Assembly (NCBI RefSeq): GCF_009914755.1
Contig: NC_060942.1
Direction: 5' to 3' (one strand)
DNA: 64,000 nucleotides
DNA from: the human T2T-CHM13v2.0 reference genome, Homo sapiens
The position numbers and the translations under genes are program-made. Shown here piece after piece: positions 1 through 11,489 of the stretch (position 1 is its first letter; every line of letters begins with the position of its first letter). The notes under the pieces are model-generated. The model did not search any database and had not been told where the DNA came from. It saw only the letters and a list, made by a program, of their open reading frames with translations.

Positions 1-3000
1 TGCTTTTTCTGCATCTATTGAGATGATCATGTGATTTTTGTTTTTAATTCTGTTTATGTGGTATATCACATTTATTGACTTGCGTATGTTAAACCATCCC
101 TGCATCCCTGGTATGAAATCCACTTGATCATAGTGCATTATCTTCTTGACATGTTGTTGGATTTGGTTAGCTAGTATTTTATTAAGGATTTTAGCATCTA
201 TGTTCATCAAAGATACTGGTGGATAGTTTTCTTTTTTGGTTTTCTCCTTTCCTAGTTTTGGTATTAGGGTGATGCTGGCTTCATAGACTGAATTAGGGAG
301 GGTTCCTTCTTTCTCTATCTTGTGGAATAATGTCAAAAGGATTGGTACCAATTCTTCTTTGAATGTCTGGTAGAATTCTGGTATAAATGCCTCTGGTCCT
401 GGACTGTTTGTGTTGGTAATTATTTAATTTCCATTTCAATCTCGCTGCTTGTTATTAGTCTGTTCAGGGTATGTAATTCTTTCTGATTTAAGCTAGGAAG
501 GTTGTATTTTTCTAGGAATTTATCCATCTTGTCTAGGTTTTCTAGTTCATGAGCATAAAGGTGTTCATAGTAGAGTTGGATGATCTTTTGTATTTCTGTG
601 GTGTCAGTTGTAATATTTCCTGTTATGTTTCTTAGTGAGGTTATTTGGATTTTCTGTCTTCTTTTCTTGGTAAATCTTGCTAATAGTCTATCAATATTAT
701 TTATCTTTTCAAAGAACCAGCTTTTTGTTTCATTTATCTTCTGTATTATTTTTGTTTCAATTTCATTTAGTTCTGCTCTGGTCTTGGTTATTTCCTTTCT
801 TCTGCTGGGTTTGGGTTTGGTTTGCTCTTTTTTCTCTAGTTCCTTGAAGTGTGACCTTAGATTACCTGTTTGTGCTCTTTCAGACTTTTCGATGTAAGCA
901 TTTAGGGCTACGAATTTTCCTCTTATCACTGCCTTTACTGTATCCCAGAGGTTTTGATAGGTTGTGTCATTATTGTCATTCAGCTTGAAGAATTTTTTAA
1001 TTTCCATCTTGATTTCATTTTTGACCCAATGCTCATCCAGGAGCAGGTTACTTAATTTCTATGTATTTGCATGGTTTTGAAGGTTCCTTTGGAGTTGATT
1101 TCCAGTTTTATTCCCCTGTGGTTTGAGAGAGTGCTTGATATAATTTCAATTTTCTTAAATTTATTGAGGCTCGTTTGATGGCCTATCATATGGTCTATCT
1201 TGGAGAAAGTTCCATGCGCTGCTGAATAGAATGTGTATTCTGCAGTTGTTGGATAAAATGTTCTGTATATATCTGTTAAGTCCATTTGTTCAAGGTATAG
1301 TCTAAGTTCATTGTTTCTTTGTTGCCTTTATGTCTTGATGACCTGTCTAGTGCTGTCAGTGGAGTATTGAAGTCCCCCACTATTATTGTGTTGCTGTCTA
1401 TCTCATTTCTTAGATCTATTAGTAATTGTTTTATAAATTTGGGAGCTCCAGTGTTAAGTGAATATATGTTTAGGATTGTGATATTTTCCTGTTGGACAAG
1501 GCTTTTTACCATTAAATAATGTCCCTCTTTGTCTCTTTTAACCACTGTTGCTTTAAAGTTTGTTTTGTCTAATATAAGAATAGCTACCCCTGCTCGCTTT
1601 TGGTGTCTATTTGCATGAAATGTCTTTTTTCACCCCTTTAAGTTTATGTGAGTCTTTATGTGTTAGGTGAGTCTCCTGAAGGCAGTAGATGGTTGGTGAG
1701 TTCTTTTCCACTCTGTGTTTCTTTATTTTTTTAAGTGGAGCATTTAGGCCATTTACATTCAATGTTAGTATTGAAATGTGAGGTACCATTGCTTTCATCA
1801 TGATTTTTTTTGGATGTGTACTTTGTGTGTGTTTTTTTTTCTTTTTAACTTGTATTTTTGTTTTATAGGTCCTATGTGATTTATGCTTTGAAGAGATTCT
1901 GTTTTGATGTGTTTCCAGGATTTGTTTTTTCAAGATTTAGAGCTCCTTTTAGCAGTTCTTATAGTGGTGGCTTGGTAATGGTGAATTCTCTCAGCATTTG
2001 TTTGTCTGAAAAGAACTATATCTTTCCTTCATATATGATGCTTAGTTTTGCTGGATACAAAATTCTTGGCTGATAATTGTTTTGTTTGAAGAGGTTGAAG
2101 TAGGCCCTCAATCCTTTCTAGTTTGTAAAGAATCTGCTGTTAATATGATAGGTTTTCCTTTATAGGTTACCTAGTACTTCTGTCTCACAGCTCTTAAGAT
2201 TCTTTCCTTCATTTTAACTTTGGATAACCTGATGACAATGTGCCTAGGTGAAGATCTTTTTGCAATGAATTTCCCAGGTGTTTACTGTGCTTCTTGTATT
2301 TGGGTGTCTAGGTCTCTTGCAAGGCCAGGGAAGTTTTCCTGGATTATTCCCCCAAATATGTTTTCCAGGCTTTTAGAAGTCTCTTTTTCCTCAGGAACAC
2401 CAATTATTCTTAGGTTTGGTCATTTAACATGATCCCAGACTTCTTGGAGGCTTTGTTCATATTTTCTTATTCTTTTTTTCTTTGTCTTTGTTGGATTGCA
2501 TTAATTTGAAGACCTTGTCTTTGAGCTCTGAATTTCTTTCTTCTACTAGTTCAATTCTATTGCTGAGACTTTGCAGAGCATTTTGCATTTCTAAAAGTGT
2601 ATCCAAAGTTTCCTGAATTTTTGATTTTTTTTCCTTTAAGCTATCTATTTCCTTGAATATTTCTCCTTTTACTTCTTGTATCATTTTGTGGATTTCCTTG
2701 CACTGGGCGTAGCCTTTCTCTGGTCTCTCCCTGATTAGCTTAATAACTAACCTCCTGAATTCTCTTTCAGGTAAATCAGGGATTTCTTTTTGGTTTGGAT
2801 CCATTGCTGGTGAACAAATGTGATTTTTTGGGGGTGTTGAAGAGCCTTGTTTTGTCATACTACGAGGGTTGCTTTTCTGGTTCCTTCTCATTTGGGTAGG
2901 CTCTGTCAGAGGGAAGGCCTAGGTCTGAAGGTTGTTGTTCAGATTCTTTTGTCCCATAGAGTGTTTCTTTGATGTAATACTCTCCTCCTTTTCCTATGGA

Positions 3001-4300
3001 TGGGGCTTCCTGTGAGCCAAACTGCAGTGATAATTGTCTCTCTTCTGGGTCTAGCCACCCAGCGAATCTGCCTGATTCTGGCTGGTACTGGGGGTTGTCT
3101 GCACAGAGTCCCCTGATGTGAACTGTCTATGGGTCTCTCAGCTGTGGATACCAGTGCCTGTTCTGGTGGAGGTGGCGGATGATGCAATGGACTCTGTGAG
3201 GGTCCTTAGCTTTGGTGGTTTAATTCTCTATTTTTGTCCTGGTTGGCCTCCTGCCAGGAGGTGGTGCTTTCCAGAAAGCATCAGCTGTGGTAGTGTGGAG
3301 AGGGACTGCTGGTGGGCGAGGCCCTAGAACTCCCAAGATCATATGACTTTTGCCTTCCACTACCAGGGTGGATAGGGAAGGACCGTCAGGTGGAAGTAGG
3401 GCTAGGCATGTCTAAGATCAGACTCTCCTTGGGCAGGTCTTGCTGTGGCTGCTGTCGGGGGGTAGAGTGAGATTCCCAGATCACTGGAATTGTGTACCTA
3501 GGAGGATTGTGGCTGCCTCTGCTGAGTCATGCAGGTTGTCAGGGAAGTGGAGGAAAGCCCGCAGTTGCAGGCCTCACCCAGCTCCCATGCAAACCAGATG
3601 GCTAGTCTCATTCCCACTGTGCACCCTCCTCACCCCCAGCTGCCCCAAGTCTGTTTGGAGGCAGAGGGCATGATAGGCTTGAAAACTTGCCTGAGCTATC
3701 TGCCTCTCAGCTGCCAAAGAAAAGGGCTTTAGTTCTTCCCCTGCCTGCGAAGTCTGCACACGGGATTTGCCCCCTCCCGCAAGTTCTGGCCAGGGGGCTT
3801 CTCATGCCATTCAAACTGTTACAAATTTCCGCTAGAGAATTCCTTCTCCCTATGGAGTTTTACCACCTACTCCTCTGGCCACCCTCCTGATGGATCCCTG
3901 TGGTGCCAGGCAGGAATGGACTGCTTGGGGACCCAGCAAGCTCCCAGGGCCTTTCAGCTGCTTCCTCTACCACTCTATTTCACTTGGCTCTCTAACTTGA
4001 CTCAGCTCCAAGTAAAGCCGGAAACTTCTCCCACAAACAGACCTTCAACTTCTCCAATGGGGGTGTGTGTTCGGGAGAGGAAGATCTCCCTTTCGCACTT
4101 CTGCAGTTGGGGCACTCACAGTATTTGGGGTATCTCCCGGGTTCTGCAGTAGCAGTCCGATTCCTTCAGAGGGTCTGTGGGTCCTCTTGGGATTGCTGGT
4201 TTGTTCTTGCACTTGATATGGAGCTAAAATTCACAATGCAAGCCTCCGCATGCTGGTCTGTCTGGAGCTGCAATCTAGTCCTGCCGTGATCCCTTGAAAT
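1..4300 (-). mobile_element. LINE-1, L1PB/L1PBa-type: 5'UTR, decayed ORF1 and ORF2 (endonuclease to start of RT); continues off the left edge
   Basis: Minus-strand ORFs 2457-2891 (MRRNQKSN...PAMDPNQKEIPDLPEREFRR, L1PB-type ORF1 N-terminus), 1607-1933, 1276-1545, 1052-1285 and 420-1007 are L1 ORF1/ORF2 segments with frameshifts; GC-richer 5'UTR at about 2890-4300. Confidence 0.95.
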
Positions 4301-4599
4301 CCCGAATTATTTAGCTTTCTCGTAAAGTAAAGGTTTTTTAGGCTTCCAGTTCCTGGATGCAGTTAAGAAGTAAAATATATTTGCAAAAGAAGACAAATAC
4401 TAATGGAGTTATAAAAGTTTCTATTTTTTTAGAAATAGAAAACAAGAAAGAAATCCAAATGTCTTAGTCCAAGTTTAGATGGGACATTTAGTGATTGGTT
4501 CATCCAAAATCGTGATCATTTTTTTTTTCTTGCAACATCTACATAACAATGTTTAACCTTATCTAAAAGATGTCTAGAAATATAAATTCTGTGTGAAAC

Positions 4600-4740
4600 A
4601 GTACAGTATAATGGAAATAACATTCTATTTGTAGTCAGATATGTTAGGTTCCAATTTTGCTTGTGCAACTTTGGAAAAGTCATTTGGTATGTCTGGGCTT
4701 TTCCCTTTTATCTGCAAAATGAAAGGTTTGTCTATGTAAG
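4600..4740 (+). mobile_element. MIR SINE fragment
   Basis: Degenerate MIR core (..tttggaaaagtcattt..atctgcaaaatgaaagg). Confidence 0.55.
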
Positions 4741-6079
4741 CATTATGGAACTTTCATGGAAAAATACCATAAATGTATCTCAGATGGAAAGGGAGGTGTT
4801 GTTGGTGGGAGACACCACTGACATCTCTGACCTTTTACAGGAAAACACAAACAGTATGAAGGTAGTATATTCCCCGACTTGGAGTTGACATCTAAATAAC
4901 ATAACATTCAGAATCATTTTCTTATTGTCCTTGAGTTTCGGCCAGAAGATGAAATATTTTTCCTCTTAAATCCTCATTTTCTTCAAAGAATCCCTCAAGC
5001 TTCTTAGAATTTATATTAAGAACTGCAGCTATCCTACACTAATTTTGGTAGCTGTATACTTCTGCTAACAATAGGAGGTATGTTATTTATTCACAAGTAG
5101 TATCAAACTTTTGTTAAAATGTTAATTGTAAGTGCAGAGCTGTGGTCATTAGGGTAAACCCATCTGCAACAAAATACCCAGCTTGTGACCGAATGAATTG
5201 TTATGCAGTGAGAAGGATGACCATGGAATGACTCCCATTGTGCTATTGTAGACAAAAAAAAAAAAGGTAAATAACTTAGGGCTATAAATACCTGGCTGTG
5301 AAGGGGGCAATTAGTTAAATAAATTTAAATGTATTTATGCATTTGCTAGGTTGATATCATGCTGGTACATCATTTTTTTAAAACTGGCTTCACATTTTCT
5401 AATTTAAGATGGAAGCCAAGCTGCTGCAATGTCACAATGTATAATTATTGGACAGCCAGCAGCGATTTTTAAAGCAAATTTCACACAATTTCTGAGACTA
5501 GTGTCATACTTTGTTAGTTTGAATTAGTTTGTGAAAGTTTTTTATATACCAGACACCTTAAATTAATGAGACATAGCATTCTATTAATAAATTAGGCCTG
5601 GGAATTTAAATTTGCAAAGATGATATAGCTACAAATAGGTATTTTCAACAAAGATAAAAATATTTAGATTTTTATTTTCTTTTGTAAAAAGCCACTTATT
5701 ATTTTCCCTCTTTTATGTCTTTTCATTAGGACCTAAAGCTCAGCTTCCAATATCCACTGGGAAACAGGTAGCATGATTTAGGGTTAGCTTCCTCATAGCC
5801 TCTTCCCTGTTATCTCTTGCTCTCAGCCTCAACCGAAGTCAATTCTATCAGTGTCTCCCCTGCCGTTTCCTTCCTTCTCACTTTATGACTTCATTTCTCA
5901 ACACAACTTTCAAGTAACACTTAGCTGGGGCTTTGGGGTTACCAGAAGAACCCCTTCCCCATTTCTTCCCTCCATGCGCACAGCCTAAGCAATATAAGAA
6001 GGGACAAATGAGAAGAGTAGTCTTAATATCCGTATTATTTGTTAAGTATTTTTATTTATATATTTTCTCTTCTTTTTAT

Positions 6080-6378
<299 letters not shown>

Positions 6379-6994
6379 ATTTTTTCTCTTCTTAAAGAAT
6401 ACCTCAGACCAGACAGTAGTAGGCTGTTCCACTGAGAATCCAGGCAAAAAAATGAAGCCAAGATGGAATCATGGCAGCGCAGACAGAGCTTAGGGCTTAG
6501 ACAAGCTCCATGGTCAGTAGGCAGGGATGCGGACAGAGTGAGATAAAAGCTTGCTAATAAGCAGAATATACAGACAAAGAAGACTCGGGTTTGGTTAGCC
6601 AGCAAAATCTGAGCGGAAATAAGGAAAAGCAAGCTGGAGCCAGTGTTTTTTTTTTTTTCCCCAGCCAGCACCAAGGACAGCTCCCAGAGACCCATCTGAG
6701 CACAGGTGTTTGTCCTGGCAATTGCCTCTGGCAGCCCAGGTACGGGCAGTGGTAGGAGTTCTTGGTCCAGTAACTATGAGCTTGCTATTATGCCAATGAC
6801 ACAGTACCACACTCTGAAGTGGATCTGAAGTGAATCATAGCTAGTTGATGCTTCTTTGTGTGCACTTTAGAAGTCAGCAGTCAATATACTATAACTTGTG
6901 CATAACTTGCAGTTTTAATGTTTAACAATTAAGCCTAGCTTAAATGGCTGGAAAGGTATGATAATATCTGGTAGACCTCTATGGAAATTAGGAG

Positions 6995-7235
6995 GCAGTA
7001 AATCATGATGGTTAAAAGCACAGGCATTTTTGGCTTTGAATACAAGCTCTACTTCCTAGTTTTCTGAATCACTGAATCTTTCTAAGGCACAATGTCTATA
7101 TCGTGAGTATACTCCAGTAACACAGGGATAATAATAGTACTGACACTATATATTGTTGAGACGATTAAATGTTAATTATTACTATACTAAAGCTTACAGT
7201 AGGATGTGATATTTACTATATAATGCTACTTATTC
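6995..7235 (+). mobile_element. MIR SINE
   Basis: atggttaaaagcacaggc...tttgaatacaagctctacttcctag...gggataataatagtac...gattaaatg. Confidence 0.7.
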
Positions 7236-7799
7236 CATCAAAAATTTCAAAACTGGCCACAACATCACATGGTACTTAAGATCCTGGTGAATGTCTTAAG
7301 CCAGCTAGGCTTATATAAAAGGTTTTACAAAAGTTATTTTTTTGTGTCAGAGAAATGTGATAAAACCTCTATGTTTTTCCCTGAATGAAAATCTCCCTTA
7401 AAAATACTTTATATTACAAATTTAAAATCAGGACTGCAAATCTAGAGGTATAGATGTACCTGAATCCTTTGTGACCAAAGCTAATTGGCAGCTTCAACTT
7501 AGGGATGTGTACAGTAATCTCAGGTTAATATCTTTCAGTCTTGGATGCTTCTTAATCACATAAGGAAATGACTTGAAACAACACTATCTGAGTCTACTGA
7601 CCAGTAGTAGGATAAAGGTATTTGAGTAAGTTGGGTGGAAATAGTAGCCAGTTTGCTATCAAAGCTCATACATTTCAATCACTAGTTGTGTGAGCCTGTG
7701 AAGTGTGTGTGTGAAAGAGAGAGAGAGAGAAAGAGAATTTTCTCTTTTTGCTGATACAGAGCACACAATTCATGATGTTATTTTGAATGCCCACAATAT

Positions 7800-7990
<191 letters not shown>

Positions 7991-8014
7991 TAGGCTTCAG
8001 ATATCTTAGGGAGA

Positions 8015-8225
8015 GAGTATTGTACAGTGGAGAATTGTCAGGATTGTTTTGAAAACAGAATAGCTGGTTTGAATTTCAGAACAGAGGCTTACTTCATGTT
8101 TGGCAAGTCACCAAACTTCTTTGAACCTCTGATACCTCTTCAGTAAAATGTAGATAATATTTATTTTGAGGGTTGTTATAAAATGCAGAGATGGCATAGA
8201 CATTCAATAAATGTCAGCTATTATA
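8015..8225 (+). mobile_element. MIR SINE
   Basis: tggcaagtcaccaaacttctttgaacctctg...cagtaaaatgtagataata...cattcaataaatg. Confidence 0.65.
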
Positions 8226-8763
8226 TTTATTAAATTAATGTACCAATTCAGCCAGTTATTTGTACTAAATTTGTTTGTAATAAAATTTCTCCTTTTGTGA
8301 TTTTGCCAAAGGTTAACATTATTCTTTAAAACATTCTGCTTAAATGACAGTTTAAGCTTTTAAAATTAAAAATGTTTTTAGAGCCTGGTTTATTTCATGT
8401 AAATATATTCTAGTGCACATTTCCTTACTTTTTGGTAATTTTAACATTATCAAGGGATACGAAGCAATGGATATATTAACTAACTTGATTTAATCATTCT
8501 ATAATGCATATATATCAAAATATCATATTGTATACCATAAATATATACAATGCTTCCTTTGTCAACTAAAACAATTTAAAAATTTTTCAGTTTTTTCAGA
8601 TATTTCCATGAACAATGTTCATACTTTATTGCTTTTTCAGATCATGTGACAATACACATTTGTACATTAAGATTGAAAAGCCTACTTGGCTGTTGAATTT
8701 AAACAGCCTTTCATTTTCATTAACTTTTACATTTCTGTATTATCATGTTTAAAATGAACTGCT

Positions 8764-9233
8764 TCATCCCAGAGAAAACACATTTTCCTTGGTGAGATGA
8801 ATCACCATTGACTGATTCATCTCCATCTCAGGGCGGAAGCTCGGTCTAGTGGTTCAAGCTGTGAGGTGTGAGTCAGTTGTTCTAGTTCTATTCCCTTTTT
8901 GGCTCTTCAATAGTTGGTTAAATCCCTGTCCAAAGGAGATGGTACCTCCCGATGTATACTGCACAGAGGGACTGTCGGACAAGATAAATTTGTCCAAGGA
9001 AGAGTAGAGAATGGGATTTAAAATCCATTTAAAGCAATGCATTTGGTATTCATCTTTTCCCTTGGGTCAGTGTTGGCTTCAGGGTTTAGTGGTAAATCAG
9101 AAGGGGTTGGATAATGGGACTTCAACTGCAGACCCTGGGAGATAATTACCTGTATAGCCTCTTCTCCAGTAGTGACACTGTAGTGACTGAAAAGGAAATG
9201 AGGATTGATTGCCACCCAGAAGATAGGAGTCCT
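8764..9233 (-). pseudogene. Candidate decayed (possibly terminal) coding exon of the minus-strand relic gene
   Basis: Acceptor aaaacttttcag| at 9233, then 156 codons (DSYLLGGNQSSFPFQSLQCHYWRRGYTGNYLPG...MHCFKWILNPILYS...KENVFSLG*) with four internal stops, all TGA; non-repetitive sequence. Confidence 0.45.
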
Positions 9234-9807
9234 CTGAAAAGTTTTATTACAGTGGTGTTTTGCTTTAAAACACCATTTAACTGAAGATGTTCTCAGTATG
9301 GTTTTATTCTCTGACAGAAAGGGTACACAGGGCTAACAATGAACACATCGTTAGTACTTTATATTACTCAGTAAACTTTCAGTTCTAAACAGGCTATAGA
9401 TTTTATATTTAGCATATAGAGTAAGGAGACCTTTAAAGCAAGCTGCAGTGGTGTCATATCATTGTACAGTTATTTTAAAATAATCCATAAAAAGAAGAGA
9501 TTTTATTTAAGAATCTATCAGTAGAATTACAAATTCAGCATTAGGATAAGCCAATCATCTATTTATTAAATAAAAATATGCTAAAGCACTGTTGTAAGTT
9601 TCATGGTTCAATATGTTGCTTACTTAAAACTATAGGCCAACCGTTGGGCATCAGCTTGTGTATGTCTACTTTTGTGTCATATTATTGTTAATTTTTTCTC
9701 CAAACCTGGACCCCTTGGATGTTTAAAATGAACATTTGTTTCCTCATGGTACTTTCTCCATCTGTGCTGTTTGTAGGGGGATGCTCATCAGGGCCTTGAA
9801 TTTTTAT

Positions 9808-10240
9808 TGTGTCTTAGTTTGAAATTACGCAGAAGATACTAAGACAAGGATTTGAGTGCAAGCTGTTTATTTGGGAGGTGATTCCAGGGAACTCTGGTAG
9901 GGGACTGAGGAAGGGAGACAGAGCAGGGGAGGAAGGCAATCGTGTTGTCAAGCAAGTTACTATGGTGTGATAGTTTCATCCCATGGGGATCTCTGGGCTG
10001 CATGGAGAACATGGAGTTACCCTCACAGAGCGGCAGGGAAGCTGAGGCGTTTATCCTCATCCAACAGTGTCCCAGGGCTATTTCTGGGGGTAGTACTTCA
10101 CTTCCAGCTTGCCCTTGCCAAGGTCCAGCAAGAAAAATGCTCTCAGACAAGAAGACACTGGTGTTCCTGGTAAGCAGGCTTCAACATGTAGGTGGAGGTG
10201 GGTGCTGGGGGCTGTGAGCAGGCATTGAGAGTATTTGTCA
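9808..10240 (-). mobile_element. ERVL-class solo LTR (LTR33/LTR16-like)
   Basis: tgtcttagttt...agacaaggatttgagtgcaagctgtttatttgggaggtgattccaggg is typical of old ERVL LTRs. Confidence 0.65.
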
Positions 10241-10339
10241 CACACTCTTTCCTTCCTAGTTATTTGTTTTTCTGGTAGACATTTTTCTCAGTTCTTTGGT
10301 ATCTGTCTTGCTTCTTTCTTTTCCCGTGGAAAATATTGC

Positions 10340-11045
10340 AATATTAGCGGTGAAATATACATGACAAAATTTACCATATTTACCATTTTCAGTGTACAGT
10401 TCAGTGGCATTAAGTACATTTACGTTGTTGTGCAACGATCACTGCCATCCATCTCCAGAATGTTTTCATCTTGCAAAACTGAAACTCTGTACCCATTAAA
10501 CAGTAACTCCCCCATATCTCCTTCTCTCCAAGGCAGTCACTTTTCTATTTTCTGTCTCTAAGAGTCTAACTACTCTAGTACTGCATATAAGTGGAATCAT
10601 ATAATATTTGTCTTTTTGTGTCTGTCTTATTTCACTTAGCCTATCTTCAACGTTCATCCATATTCTAGGATGTGTCAGAATTTCCTTCCTTTTTAAGGCT
10701 GAACACTATTGCATTGTATGCAGATACCACATTTTATTTATCCATTCATCTATTGATAGCCACTTGTGTTGTTTCCACCTTTTGATATTGTAAATAATGC
10801 TCCCTTGAACATCGGTGTACAAATATCGGTTCAAGTCTTTGCTTTCAATTCTTTTGGGTATAAACCCAGACTTGGAATCATAGAGTAATTCTATTTTTAA
10901 CTTTTTGAGGAATGGCTATACTGTTTTCCACAGCATCTGTACCATTTTATATTCACAGCAGCAATGCACAGGAGTTCCAGTTTCTCCACAACCCTCATCA
11001 ATAATTTTGTTTTTTGATAATATCAAAATGGATATGAAGTGTTAC
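10340..11045 (-). mobile_element. L1MB-type 3' end
   Basis: aaatttaccatatttaccattttcagtgtacagttcagtggcattaagtacatt...aagtggaatcatataatatttgtc. Confidence 0.85.
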
Positions 11046-11489
11046 TGTTTCTTATAACTTACTTTAACCTTAATTTATCTCTGTTCTTTAAATATGTTCA
11101 GTTCATACCAAAGCATGCCTTAAAATATTTGTGTGAAATTTTGTTGAGCCCAAATGCTGTTTTAGGACAAAATTTACTTATTCTGTCATAAATTGTCACA
11201 TCATTTTAGAAAATTTGGAAAATATAAACACGTACAAAACAGATAAAAATTTCACTTATAATTTTATGAATTAAATACAACTGATGGAAAAGATAATTTA
11301 ATAATTTATTCAACAAATACTTAGATGATGGTGACTTTTAAAGATTGGGCTCTAAAGCCAGACACTATAGTTAAATCCCAACTCAATATATGGCTGACTT
11401 TGAAGTTATGTGACCTTTCAAAACCTCAATTTATATACCCATAAAGTAGAATAATAACTTAAAGTTGTGGGGATTAAATATTCATTATG

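Noticed and set aside
8854-9042. ILNPILYS resembles the GPCR TM7 NPxxY motif
   Set aside because: No upstream hydrophobic helices or other class A GPCR motifs in any frame.
8854-9215. VQYTSGG and LFSHYS resemble bornavirus nucleoprotein (EBLN) motifs
   Set aside because: The motifs are short, in different frames and in the wrong order; no poly-A tail or TSD.
8764-9233. TGA-only stops read as mitochondrial code (NUMT) or selenocysteine
   Set aside because: The frame contains AGA codons (stops in the vertebrate mitochondrial code), resembles no mtDNA protein, and no SECIS is recognisable; CpG decay is the simpler explanation.
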